From: a bacterium
GTDB taxonomy: Bacteria > UBA8248
Direction: 5' to 3'
DNA: 64,000 nucleotides
NCBI GenBank assembly: GCA_965221165.1
Contig: CBDCRP010000003.1
Span: 1,760,001 to 1,824,000 of the forward strand
The notes under the pieces were generated by a model, which saw nothing but the letters and a program-made list of their open reading frames with translations, was not told the DNA's origin and did no database searches. Of the stretch, positions 10,366-19,970 are shown piece after piece. The stretch's first letter is position 1. Each line of letters starts with the position of its first letter. The position numbers and the translations under genes were made by a program.

Positions 10366-10416
10366 AGGATGAGTTTATTGATGCGCGCAGGCTAGTCCGC
10401 ACGGCGCGCAGTCACG

Positions 10417-10458
10417 AAAAAGACACCGCCGGATATGGTGAGCCGGCGGTGTCTTTTT
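10417..10458. terminator. Bidirectional intrinsic terminator
   Basis: AAAAAGACACCGCCGG-N10-CCGGCGGTGTCTTTTT, a perfect 16-bp inverted repeat between convergent dctP and dctM. Confidence 0.85.
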
Positions 10459-10466
10459 GTTTCGTT

Positions 10467-11753
10467 CTACTCGACGGGCAGCAGCAGGTTCGGGAGCCAC
10501 ATGACGAGCGGCGAGTAGTAGACGATGGCGAACAGCGTGATGATGAGCGGAATATAAAACGGCGCAGTCGCCCTGACGATGATCCAGAAGGGGACTTTCG
10601 TGATGTCCGAAACGACGTAGAGCGCAAGGGCGAATGGCGGCGTAAGGTTTCCGATAACGAGATTCAGCACCATGAACACGCCCAGGTGCACGAGGTCGAT
10701 GTCCAGCGCCTGGGCGATGGGCAGCATGACCGGCGTCACGATGAGAAGCAGGGGGGTGGGTTCCATCACCATGCCGCCGATGAGCAAAAAGATGTTCAGC
10801 ACGAAGAGGATGAGCCACTTCTCCTCTAAGGCGGTCATGAGGAAGTGGGCGAAGATGAAGGGAATGCGCTCGATGGTGATGAGGCGGGTGAAGACCGAGG
10901 CGGCGGAGAATATGAACAAAACCACGGCCGTATAAATAATGACCGTCGAGAGGATACGGGGAATGTCCGCCAGGCGGACCTCCTTGTAAACCACCATTCC
11001 GAGAAAGAGCGACCACGCCACGGCGAGCACGGCCGCCTCGGTGGGCGTCGTGGCGCCCGAGCCGATTCCGCCTAAAATGATCGCAGGCGTCAGCAGAGCC
11101 AGAAAAGCGGAGCGGAAGCTCTTCCATATCTGGGCGAGCGAGGCCCGTGGATACTTCTTGTATCCCCGTTTTCGGGAGATGAAATAGACGATCACCATCA
11201 TCGCGCCGCCCATGAAGAATCCCGGAATCACGCCGCCCAAGAATACGCGTCCCGCCGATTCTTCGGCGATGCTCGCGTATATCACCATGATGATGCTGGG
11301 GGGGATGATGGGTCCGATGCACGAACTCGCGGCCGTAACGGCCGCGGAGAAAGGCTTGTCGTAGCCCTCCTTGGTCATCCCCTCGATTTCCACGCGGCCC
11401 AGGCCCGCCGCGTCGGCCAGTGCGGAGCCGGACATGCCGGCGAAAATGATGCTGGCGACGATGTTGGCGTGTCCCAGACTTCCGGTGAAATGACCGACCA
11501 GCGTTTTTGCGAAGTCGAAAATCCGGTCCGTGACCTTCGCGATGTTCATGATCTGGGCGGCGAAAATGAACAGCGGAATGGCGATGAGCGAGTAATGCTC
11601 CAGAGAGCCGATCATGATGCTCGCCAGGAAGGTGACCGGCATCTCGGAGAGGAACGTCAGATAAAACAGACAGGTGAATACCAGAGCCATGGCTATCGGG
11701 GTGTTGAAGGCGAGGAAGAAGAAAAACAGGATAACGAGTATCATGGCGTTCAT
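10467..11753 (-). CDS. dctM: TRAP transporter large permease DctM
   Basis: FAGMSGSALADAAGLG, IGPIIPPSI, TPTEAA and GNLTPPF motifs. Confidence 0.95.
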   Translation of the reverse strand: MNAMILVILFFFFLAFNTPIAMALVFTCLFYLTFLSEMPVTFLASIMIGSLEHYSLIAIPLFIFAAQIMNIAKVTDRIFDFAKTLVGHFTGSLGHANIVASIIFAGMSGSALADAAGLGRVEIEGMTKEGYDKPFSAAVTAASSCIGPIIPPSIIMVIYASIAEESAGRVFLGGVIPGFFMGGAMMVIVYFISRKRGYKKYPRASLAQIWKSFRSAFLALLTPAIILGGIGSGATTPTEAAVLAVAWSLFLGMVVYKEVRLADIPRILSTVIIYTAVVLFIFSAASVFTRLITIERIPFIFAHFLMTALEEKWLILFVLNIFLLIGGMVMEPTPLLLIVTPVMLPIAQALDIDLVHLGVFMVLNLVIGNLTPPFALALYVVSDITKVPFWIIVRATAPFYIPLIITLFAIVYYSPLVMWLPNLLLPVE

Positions 11754-11769
11754 GCCGACTCCTTCGCGC

Positions 11770-12438
11770 TCACACCGCCGGGGAACTCCGGTGGCCCAGT
11801 TCCGCTTTCCCTATCGTCAGGGCCCATAGCTGTCGTCCCGAGTGGATGACCATCAGGGTCATTCCTATGGGAAACGATGCGCTTTGATAGGTTTGCGGGA
11901 ACTCGAGTGCCGAGGAGGGGTAGGTCCACTCCAGGATGGCCACCAAGGTGCCGTGATAAATGAGGAGCAAGAGGGTGAAGAAGATGAGAATCTCGATGGT
12001 GACGTGAATTTTTCGCTGCAACCGCAGCGGAAGCTGGCCGACGAAAGTCTCCATGGTCAGTTTTTCGCCATGCTTGTATGCGAGCGCCATGCCGAGAAAA
12101 ACGCCCCAATGAAAGCACAACAGCGTAATCTCCTCGGCCCATACGATGGGGTCGTCCAGAATGTATCTGAAATACACCTGCATGAAGACGAGATACCCGA
12201 TGGCCGCCAGGAAGGGAAAGGCCAGAATTTCTTCTAAATTACGCAGCAAAAAGATGCCGCCGCTCGTCTTTATCTGGCGGACGACGTATATGACGAGGCC
12301 CGCGAGCAGGATGACGGGGACGATGTAATGAAAAACGGGGATGCTGATCAGGATGAGCGGCGGCTGGACCAGGGTGTAGAACACCCACGAGGATATCTTG
12401 AATATCAGTACGAAAGGTAAAGCTATCCACTCCGACAC
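11770..12438 (-). CDS. dctQ: TRAP transporter small permease DctQ with N-terminal hydrophobic extension
   Basis: QVYFRY..WAEEI motif; directly upstream of dctM. Confidence 0.85.
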   Translation of the reverse strand: MSEWIALPFVLIFKISSWVFYTLVQPPLILISIPVFHYIVPVILLAGLVIYVVRQIKTSGGIFLLRNLEEILAFPFLAAIGYLVFMQVYFRYILDDPIVWAEEITLLCFHWGVFLGMALAYKHGEKLTMETFVGQLPLRLQRKIHVTIEILIFFTLLLLIYHGTLVAILEWTYPSSALEFPQTYQSASFPIGMTLMVIHSGRQLWALTIGKAELGHRSSPAV

Positions 12439-12533
12439 GAAATAACCCCCTTATGGGGAAGCGAGTGTCCAATGCCCGGGATTTCGCTTTTTCAGCATGT
12501 ATCCCTTGTACAGAAGCGCGTGCGGGAGGTCAA

Positions 12534-13634
12534 CTAGAGGTCTCGCCACGGCTGAAGCACGGTCTTCACCTGTTCTTCTTCGGGAAACTCTCCGCCCGTG
12601 ATGCGCACGGCGCGCTCCGCTTGGGCGAGAGGGAAGCGGTGGGTCACCATCTCCGTGAAGGGATAGGGCGAGTTCGCCGCGAAGTCGAGCGCGCCCCGCA
12701 CGGCGTCGCTCGTGTGGCTGTATGCGCCCTGGATGCGTATTTCGCCCCACACCAGGGGGTCCAGATCCAGAGAGGCCTCCTTGCCGCCGGTGAGTCCGGC
12801 CAGCACCACCGTGCCCAGCCTGCGGACGAGCCTGGGCGAGAGGCTCGCCGCGGCGGGGCTTCCCGTCACGTCGACGACTACGTCCGCCATCCGGTCGCCC
12901 GTGAGTTTGCGGACTTCCTCGGCGGGGTCTGTGGCCTCGATGTCGATGAGGTGGTCCGCGCCGAAGCGTTTCGCCGTTTCCAGCCGCTTCGCGTCGCGCG
13001 CAAGGCCGGTGAGGATGACCTTTCCCGCTCCGGTGTGTTTCGCCACCGCGCACGCGCAAAGACCCTGCGGACCCGGGCCTTGAACCACCACGGTATCGCC
13101 GACCGATATTCCGCCCAAATCGTGCGCCCACCGCACGCCGTTCGCCAGGACGGCCGTGATGAGCACGGCGCATTCGTCGGGGAGCCCCTCGGGCGCCTTG
13201 TGGATTCCAGCGCCCGGCGGCAGGTAGACGTATTGCCCGTAAGCGCCCCAGAGGTGGGGAGGCGCTTCGCAGGAGCGCCCGCTGCCGTACACCATCGCCT
13301 CCTTACACAGGCGGCGGTTGCCCGTGTGGCAATACCAGCACTGGTTGCACCCCACCTGGCCTTCCACCACGAGGCGGTCGCCCTCCTTGACGCCCAGGCG
13401 CTTTTGGACGTTTTTCCCCACCCTGGCGAGACGGCCCACCATCTCGTGGCCCATGATGATGGGATAGTTCCACCTGTGGGCTACCTTGCCGCCAAAGTAT
13501 TTGTAATCAGACGAGCAAACGCCCACCATGTCGACGTGGAGCAGGCCGTCCTCATCGCCGATATCGGGCAGGGGAAATTCTTGTAAGCTGATTGTACCGG
13601 GCGTTTCTACGACGGCTGAAACCTCGTGCGTCAT
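12534..13634 (-). CDS. Zinc-binding (MDR) alcohol dehydrogenase
   Basis: GVCSSD, GHE, CxxCxxC..C structural Zn site, GPGPQG; CAGGAG RBS before ATG 13634. Confidence 0.92.
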   Translation of the reverse strand: MTHEVSAVVETPGTISLQEFPLPDIGDEDGLLHVDMVGVCSSDYKYFGGKVAHRWNYPIIMGHEMVGRLARVGKNVQKRLGVKEGDRLVVEGQVGCNQCWYCHTGNRRLCKEAMVYGSGRSCEAPPHLWGAYGQYVYLPPGAGIHKAPEGLPDECAVLITAVLANGVRWAHDLGGISVGDTVVVQGPGPQGLCACAVAKHTGAGKVILTGLARDAKRLETAKRFGADHLIDIEATDPAEEVRKLTGDRMADVVVDVTGSPAAASLSPRLVRRLGTVVLAGLTGGKEASLDLDPLVWGEIRIQGAYSHTSDAVRGALDFAANSPYPFTEMVTHRFPLAQAERAVRITGGEFPEEEQVKTVLQPWRDL

Positions 13635-13664
13635 GGTCGTCTCCTGCAATTCGTCTACGCCGCG

Positions 13665-14321
13665 TCAATCGGTGTCGAACTTCTGCGCGAGGCGGGGGAA
13701 TAGGTCGCGCATCGATTCGCCCTCGGCTATGCGCCCTTTGACTTCCTTTTCGATCTCCCGAATCCGGGTGACCTGCCGCTTCACCTGTGCGAGAGAGCTT
13801 TGCGGAACGACGGCCACGCCGTCGATATCCGCGACGATGATGTCGCCGGGTTCGACGCGCACCCCGCAGCAGGTGACGGGAGCGTCTTTCGCCACGACTT
13901 CCAGGCGCTTCGGGAAGGCCAGGCTCCACACCGATTTGCTGAACACGGGAAAATCGAGATCGCGGAGGGTTTCCAGGTCCCGCGTCGCACCGTCGATAAC
14001 GCAGCCGAGCGCGCCGCGCCGTTTGCAGACGCTGCTCGCGCCCCCGCCCCAGACGGCCAGAGGAGAACTTGCCGCGTCGACGACGACCACCGAGCCTGCG
14101 GGTACTTCTTCCACCGCGTCGTAGAGGCTGAAGAGAGCCTTGGCTCCCGGGTCTCGCACCGGCGCGAACACCATGGTGGCGGCCGGCCCTGCGAATCTTG
14201 GATAGCTCTCGGGGGCGGTGGGCCGTGGGCCTTCCATGATGAGGTTCAGCCCCAGGGCCGTGGAGGCGTCGCCGAGCGTCGCCGTTTCGATATCCGAGAA
14301 AAACGCTGCGTCCGAATCCAT
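13665..14321 (-). CDS. RraA-like / HMG-CHA aldolase family protein
   Basis: TATLGDA, FAGPAAT, WGG, IDGATRD, VEPGDIIVADIDGV motifs. Confidence 0.88.
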   Translation of the reverse strand: MDSDAAFFSDIETATLGDASTALGLNLIMEGPRPTAPESYPRFAGPAATMVFAPVRDPGAKALFSLYDAVEEVPAGSVVVVDAASSPLAVWGGGASSVCKRRGALGCVIDGATRDLETLRDLDFPVFSKSVWSLAFPKRLEVVAKDAPVTCCGVRVEPGDIIVADIDGVAVVPQSSLAQVKRQVTRIREIEKEVKGRIAEGESMRDLFPRLAQKFDTD

Positions 14322-14653
14322 CCGTATCTCCTTTTCATGACGCGCCGTCGCTCCCAGGCGCGCATCGCTTCATGTACAGGGTAGGCCAGTATAGTCATTT
14401 CAGGAGAAAAATACATGGGAATCCCGCTGCTCGACTCCACTTTCATCTAACCGGGGATGGAACAGGTGCGCGGGTCCGGGTGGAGATATCCCCCTGTAGT
14501 CGAATCCGCCCCGAACGCCCGCTCCCATAATCCACCTATCGGTTTTCTCTCCAAACGCTCGAACCTCCGAGGTCCGGGGGCCGGGTGAACAAACCCCCCA
14601 ATTCGGGCTAAGATGCCCCCATCGGTCACGCTTTTTTATGGAACAGGGAATCC

Positions 14654-16678
14654 ATGAGCCAGGAATCATTTGTTGGGGAAATCGACCCCATATCCTTAGA
14701 AGTCATCAACGAATCCTTCGTGGCCGTCGTCCGGGAGATGCGGGCGAACATGGTGCGGACGGCGTATTCGTCCATCATCTACGAGGGACACGATTTCTCC
14801 TGCGTGCTCGTGGACGGCGCGGGGCAGCTCGTCGCCATGGCGGAGGACAACCCCGTCCACATTTTCCCCGTGCCGATGGAAGTCGGAGAAATGCTCGATC
14901 GCTTCGGGGGAGACGTCCATCCGGGCGACGTATTCATCCACAACGACCCCTATACGGGCGGAACGCACTTGAACGACGTGGCGATGATCTCCCCTTTGTT
15001 CCATGGCGCGAAAATGGCGGTCTACCCCGTCGTCCGCGCGCACTGGGGGGACGTGGGCGGCACGACTCCGGGGAGCATTTCCGGGAAAAACACCGAGATT
15101 CTCCACGACGGGGTGCGCATCCCCATATTGCGGATCATCGAGAAGGGAAAGATAAACGATGGTGTTCTCGACTTGCTTCTCCACAACATGCGGGTTCCCG
15201 AGGAGAGGCGCGGAGATTTCTTCGCCATGCTCGCCACCTGCCACACGGCCCACAAGCGGCTGGAGGAGTTGGCGGCGAAATACGATTGGGGCGTCATACT
15301 CGCCGCGAAGGATCGCCTGCTCGATCGCGCCGAAGCCTCCATGCGGCGCAGGATCGCCGCCTTGCCCGAGGGAGAATCCACCTACGAGCATTTCATGGAT
15401 CACGACGGGCACTCGCTCGAACCGATACGCATCCGCGTGCGGGTCCAGAAAACCGGCGATGAGTTGATAGTTGATTTTCGCGGAACCGACCCGCAGACCA
15501 AGGGAGCCTACAACGTAGGTCCCGCCATGGCCCCATCCGCCGCCTTCAGCGTCATCAAGGCGTTCTTCGACCCCAAGGGCGCGATCAACCACGGGGCCTT
15601 TCGCCCGCTCACCATCCGGGTCGAGCCGGGCTCCTTGCTTTCGGCCCGCTATCCGGCGAGTTGCGCGGGCTCGATGGAGGTGAGCCACGCCGTGGTGTCC
15701 GCTCTTATCGGCGCGACCGCGCCCTTTGCGTCGGGCGTCGTTACGGGTGATTTGAAGGGCACCTCGAACCACGTCTACATCGGCGGGAACGACCCGGGGA
15801 GCGGCCGGCCTTTCCTGTTCTACGAGTTTCCGGCGGGCGGCACGGGAGGTTTTGAAGAAAGCGACGGCAACAACGCGGCGCGGAATTTTACGGAAGGCGA
15901 TTTCGCTTCTATCCAGTCGATTGAAGTCATCGAACAGGGACAGCCGCTGCGCATCAGGGAACTCTCCTTGCGCGCGGATTCGGGCGGGGCCGGAACCCGG
16001 AGAGGCGGCCTGGGTCTGCACCGCGAGGTGGAAGTCCTGGCGGATAGCGCGCTCTTGTCGATTTCCTCGGACAAGAACATCATCCCCCCCTTCGGGGTGC
16101 TCGGAGGCGGACCGGGAAGGCCCAATCGCTTCGTGGTCGTAAGGGGAGTAGAGACTCTGCCGCCCACAGAAACGCCCGGCAAGGCGGCGGGTTTTCCGCT
16201 CGGGAGGGGAGACGTGCTCATCATGCAGACCGCAGGCGGAGGAGGCTATGGCGATCCGTTCAAGCGGGAGCCAAAGTCGGTTCTCGCCGACGTGGGCGCG
16301 GGCTACGTCACCGAAGAGGGAGCGAGGCGAGAATACGCCGTGATTGTGCGGGGGGGGGTCGTGGACGAGGAGGCTACGCGCGCCCGCAGGCAGGCCGCCC
16401 GCGCGACAAGGCGCGCCCTGACGCTCGTTCTAAAAGATGAAAAGGCCCATGAGGATTCCCGCCGCAGGTGTTATATGAGCCCGGCGACGCTCGCGGGGCG
16501 TGAGCTTAACAAAGGGGATTTGGTCGAGTTGCGCGGAAAGTGGGGGGTTCCGCTGCGCGCTTGGATGGAAGAAGACGCGGGTGTGCCCGAGAACGCGGCC
16601 GGTCTGGACGCGGATGGAATCGGCATACTCGACGCCGTAGAGGGAGAGGGAATCTTCCTGTCTCCCGTGAGCGTATGA
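14654..16678 (+). CDS. Hydantoinase B / 5-oxoprolinase B family subunit with extra C-terminal domain
   Basis: DPISLEVI, RTAYS..IYEGHDFS, NDPYTGGTHLND, AHWGDVGG, GGGGYGDP motifs. Confidence 0.93.
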   Translation: MSQESFVGEIDPISLEVINESFVAVVREMRANMVRTAYSSIIYEGHDFSCVLVDGAGQLVAMAEDNPVHIFPVPMEVGEMLDRFGGDVHPGDVFIHNDPYTGGTHLNDVAMISPLFHGAKMAVYPVVRAHWGDVGGTTPGSISGKNTEILHDGVRIPILRIIEKGKINDGVLDLLLHNMRVPEERRGDFFAMLATCHTAHKRLEELAAKYDWGVILAAKDRLLDRAEASMRRRIAALPEGESTYEHFMDHDGHSLEPIRIRVRVQKTGDELIVDFRGTDPQTKGAYNVGPAMAPSAAFSVIKAFFDPKGAINHGAFRPLTIRVEPGSLLSARYPASCAGSMEVSHAVVSALIGATAPFASGVVTGDLKGTSNHVYIGGNDPGSGRPFLFYEFPAGGTGGFEESDGNNAARNFTEGDFASIQSIEVIEQGQPLRIRELSLRADSGGAGTRRGGLGLHREVEVLADSALLSISSDKNIIPPFGVLGGGPGRPNRFVVVRGVETLPPTETPGKAAGFPLGRGDVLIMQTAGGGGYGDPFKREPKSVLADVGAGYVTEEGARREYAVIVRGGVVDEEATRARRQAARATRRALTLVLKDEKAHEDSRRRCYMSPATLAGRELNKGDLVELRGKWGVPLRAWMEEDAGVPENAAGLDADGIGILDAVEGEGIFLSPVSV

Positions 16679-16729
16679 GCGGGTTTGTTGACTTTGGGAA
16701 TTTTACGCCAAACTGGCGAAGATGATTTT

Positions 16730-17647
16730 TTATCTTGCGAGTAGGACTCGCAAGGCTTCCGTCGATTCCCTGCCTTGCGCCATGGTTTCCCGTAGCGCTT
16801 CTCTTGACTCCCTGCCCTGTTCGATGAGTTCTGTCAGGGTTCCCCTGGACTCTCTGCCCTGTTCGATGAATTCTCTGAAAGCCGCTCTTGATTCCCTGTT
16901 TTCTTCGATGAACTCTCTAAATGCCGCTCTTGATTCCCTGCCTTCTTCGATGAGTTCTCCGAGATTTGCCCTTGATTCCCTGCCCTCTTCGATGAGTACT
17001 CTGAGAGCTTCGCTGGATTCTCTGCCTTGCTCCCTGCCCTGTTCGATGAATTCTCTGAAAGCCGCCCTTGATTCTTTGTTTTCTTCGATGAGTACTCTGA
17101 GAGCTTCGCTGGATTCTCTGCCTTGCTCCCTGCCCTGTTCGATGAATTCTCTGAAAGCCGCCCTTGATTCTTTGTTTTCTTCGATGAGTTCTCTGAGAGC
17201 TTCACTGGATTCTCTGCTTTGCTCTCTGCCTTGTTCGATGAATTCTCTGAGAGCTTCACTGGATTCTCTGCCTTGCTCTCTGCCCTGTTCGATGAATTCT
17301 CTGAAAGCTTCACTGGATTCTCTGCCTTGCTCTCTGCCCTGTTCGATGAATTCTCTGAAAGCTACCCTTGATTCTTTGTTTTCTTCGATGAACTCTCTAA
17401 ATGCCGCTCTTGATTCCCTGCCCTCTTCGATGAGTTCTCCGAGATTTGCCCTTGATTCCCTGCCCTCTTCGATGAGTTCTTTCAATGCCGCGGAATTTTC
17501 GTCCTGTTGTCTCGAGCGGACTCTGTTCCCCCAGAGCATCGCGCCGATTCCACTACCTATCAGGAGGCATTGCAACCCTCCGACAGTGGCTACGACCCAG
17601 ATATTCAATTCCCTTAACGCCAAAATCGCTGCTTGAAATTCCGTCAT
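16730..17647 (-). CDS. Membrane-anchored tandem-repeat coiled-coil protein (hypothetical)
   Basis: N-terminal hydrophobic segment (IWVVATVGGLQCLLIGSGIGAMLW) then 16 units of 14 or 18 aa; AAGGAG RBS upstream of ATG 17647; own sigma70-like promoter. Confidence 0.75.
   Translation of the reverse strand: MTEFQAAILALRELNIWVVATVGGLQCLLIGSGIGAMLWGNRVRSRQQDENSAALKELIEEGRESRANLGELIEEGRESRAAFREFIEENKESRVAFREFIEQGREQGRESSEAFREFIEQGREQGRESSEALREFIEQGREQSRESSEALRELIEENKESRAAFREFIEQGREQGRESSEALRVLIEENKESRAAFREFIEQGREQGRESSEALRVLIEEGRESRANLGELIEEGRESRAAFREFIEENRESRAAFREFIEQGRESRGTLTELIEQGRESREALRETMAQGRESTEALRVLLAR
16748..17479 (-). repeat. Intragenic tandem array of 42-bp and 54-bp units (16 units)
   Basis: Eleven 14-aa units (e.g. 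ELIEEGRESRAAFR) and five 18-aa units (e.g. EFIEQGREQGRESSEALR); near-identical DNA copies visible on the + strand. Confidence 0.92.
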
Positions 17648-17713
17648 TTCCCTACGCACTCCTTATGGACTTGGATTGATGTTTCGGGTCCTCTGGAACG
17701 CTCGTACTTTAAA

Positions 17714-17742
17714 ATCATATAGTTTTATTGTGAGTTCCTCAA
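17714..17742 (-). promoter_or_regulatory. Putative sigma70 promoter for the repeat gene
   Basis: Minus strand TTGAGG-N17-TATGAT in an AT-rich patch about 65 nt upstream of the start codon. Confidence 0.5.
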
Positions 17743-17930
17743 CTTGATTCAGGTGCATTTTAGCATCATATTCCACCGAAGAATTTGGGCTAGAGCGCGA
17801 GTAATTCTGAAGAACCTTTGGGGGATTCACGAACCAATGTATCATCGCTCTTTGTGTTTTCTGGAATGGGTGCGAGAGTTGCCGGGAATGCGATTTTCCC
17901 TGGCATGATGATGAAAGGGCGGCTGGTTCA

Positions 17931-19955
17931 TTGAGTCTCGTCGGAATAGACACCGGAGGAACCTTCACCGATCTCGTTTTCTACGATGAGGACGAGAGGC
18001 GGATAGAGGTTTCCAAGATTCCCACGCTTCGCGGGAGAGAAGACGCGGTCTTTCTCGAAGGAATCGAGAGTCTCGACCTCTCCGCCATCGAGCGGATCAC
18101 GCACGGCACCACCGTGGGCACCAACGCGATACTGGAGGGCGCGGGCGCGCGCGCCGCGATTTTGACGACGCGCGGCTTTCGCGACGTGCTGGAGATCGGC
18201 CGAACGCAGCGCCTCGTGCCCCAGAGCCTCTTCGACCCAAAATTCGTTCGGCCCAGGCCGGTCGTCCCCAGAGAGATACGGCTCGAAATCGAAGAGCGCG
18301 CCCTGGCCGATGGCCGCATAGTAGTCCATGTGGAGGAGGCGGAGGTCGAAGAGTTGGCCGAGCGGCTGAAGGGGCTGGGCGCGGAAGCCGTAGCCATCTG
18401 CTATCTGCACGCCTACGCCAACGGGGAGAACGAAAAGCGTACGGCGGAGTATCTGGGGAAAATGCTGCCGGGCGTATATCTCTCCCTATCGCATGAGGTC
18501 GTGCCCGAATACCGTGAGTTCGAGCGTTTCTCCACGGCCGCCTTGAACGCCTATCTCGGGCCCAAGCTGAAGAACTACGTGGGCCGTCTGGAGGAGGCGC
18601 TTGGGGAGAAGGAATGCCGCGCGCCCCTTTTCATCATGGCTTCGAACGGCGGAATGCTCGACGCCGGGCGGGCGGCGCAATTCCCCGTGCGGACGATACT
18701 CTCGGGCCCTGCGGGCGGCGTCGTGGGCGGTGTTTCGCTCGCCGGGTCGCTGGGTCTCGAACACCTCATCACCTACGACATGGGCGGCACCAGCACGGAC
18801 GTGTGCCTCATCCGGGATCGCCGGCCCGTCGTCAGCACGAACAACGTAATCGGCGCCTATCCGCTCAAGACATCCCAGCTCCAGATCAACACAGTCGGCG
18901 CGGGCGGGGGGAGCATCGCGTGGCGCGATGAGGACGGCGCGCTGCACGTGGGTCCAAAGAGCGCGGGCGCGCGTCCGGGACCTGCGTGTTACGGGTTCGG
19001 CGGCGAGGAGCCGACGGTGACGGATGCGAACGTGGTCTTATCCCGCATCGGGCCGCGCACCCTCCTGGCCGGGGGGATGAAGCTCCATCCCGAAAAGGCG
19101 GAGAGCGCCCTCGCGTATTTGGCCGAGGAACTGGGCGTCGCAGATGCGGTTTCGATGGCGCGCGGGGTGGTCGACATCGCCGTAATGAGGATGGTGAGTT
19201 CGATTCGGGAGATTTCCATCGAGCGCGGCTTCGACCCCAGGGAGCACACCCTGCTCGCCTACGGCGGGGCCGGGCCTCTGCACGCGGCCCTGATAGCCGG
19301 GGAACTCTCCATGTCGAGCGTCGTCGTGCCGCGCTTTCCGGGGAATTTCTCGGCCGTCGGCCTCCTCATGGCGGACGTGGTGCAAGAGAGCGTCGAGACT
19401 TGTTTCGTCTCACTCGAAGACGCGGAAGAGCGCGCGCTCGAGCGCATCTACGAGAAGCTGACGACCCCTTACGCCGACCAGTTGCGCGCCGCCGGATTGA
19501 GTGAGGTGCAAAGCCTCCGCCATGTGGACGTTCGCTACGTCGGTCAGGCGTTCGAGTTGACGATTCCGGTTCCAGAAACCCCCGGCTGGCTCGAAGCCTT
19601 GGGCGGTGAGTTCCACGCCCGCTACGAGGCGCGCTATGGGCATTGCCATCCCGGCGATCCTCTCGAGATCGTGAACCTGCGGGTGCGCGTCTCGGGGCTG
19701 GTGGACAAATTACACTGGGTGAAAATAGAGAAACGGGCCGGTGGACTGGATGACGCGCTGGTGGAGAGGAGAAGCGTCGTTTTTGAGAATAATGTTCCCG
19801 ATTGTCCCGTCTACCGGCGCGATTCCCTTCCTATCGACCTGGAAATACACGGGCCTGCGGTCATCGAGGAATACGGCTCGAACACCCTGGTTCCTCCCGG
19901 CTGGCTCGTGCGCCTGGACGCCCGGGGCCACCTTCACCTGAGCGTATCGGGCTGA
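17931..19955 (+). CDS. Hydantoinase A / 5-oxoprolinase A family ATP-binding subunit
   Basis: GIDTGGTFTD, HGTTVGTNA, LSGPAGG, DMGGTSTD, GPKSAGARPGPACY, GGAGPLHA motifs; TTG start. Confidence 0.94.
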   Translation: MSLVGIDTGGTFTDLVFYDEDERRIEVSKIPTLRGREDAVFLEGIESLDLSAIERITHGTTVGTNAILEGAGARAAILTTRGFRDVLEIGRTQRLVPQSLFDPKFVRPRPVVPREIRLEIEERALADGRIVVHVEEAEVEELAERLKGLGAEAVAICYLHAYANGENEKRTAEYLGKMLPGVYLSLSHEVVPEYREFERFSTAALNAYLGPKLKNYVGRLEEALGEKECRAPLFIMASNGGMLDAGRAAQFPVRTILSGPAGGVVGGVSLAGSLGLEHLITYDMGGTSTDVCLIRDRRPVVSTNNVIGAYPLKTSQLQINTVGAGGGSIAWRDEDGALHVGPKSAGARPGPACYGFGGEEPTVTDANVVLSRIGPRTLLAGGMKLHPEKAESALAYLAEELGVADAVSMARGVVDIAVMRMVSSIREISIERGFDPREHTLLAYGGAGPLHAALIAGELSMSSVVVPRFPGNFSAVGLLMADVVQESVETCFVSLEDAEERALERIYEKLTTPYADQLRAAGLSEVQSLRHVDVRYVGQAFELTIPVPETPGWLEALGGEFHARYEARYGHCHPGDPLEIVNLRVRVSGLVDKLHWVKIEKRAGGLDDALVERRSVVFENNVPDCPVYRRDSLPIDLEIHGPAVIEEYGSNTLVPPGWLVRLDARGHLHLSVSG

Positions 19956-19970
19956 TTTTTAGGGATATCC

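Noticed and set aside
16675-16725. Mini-ORF MSGFVDFGNFTPNWRR overlapping the hyuB stop, loosely like the HyuA N-terminus
   Set aside because: No convincing DNA similarity to 17931 onward; too short to support as a duplicated start or insertion scar.
16748-17479. CRISPR-like appearance of the regular repeats
   Set aside because: Units are contiguous 42/54-bp multiples of three with no unique spacers, lie in an open frame, and no cas genes are present.
16722-17636. 304-aa Ser/Leu-rich ORF on the + strand over the repeat array
   Set aside because: Mirror frame of the repeat gene; the minus ORF has the RBS, promoter, TM segment and coiled-coil periodicity.
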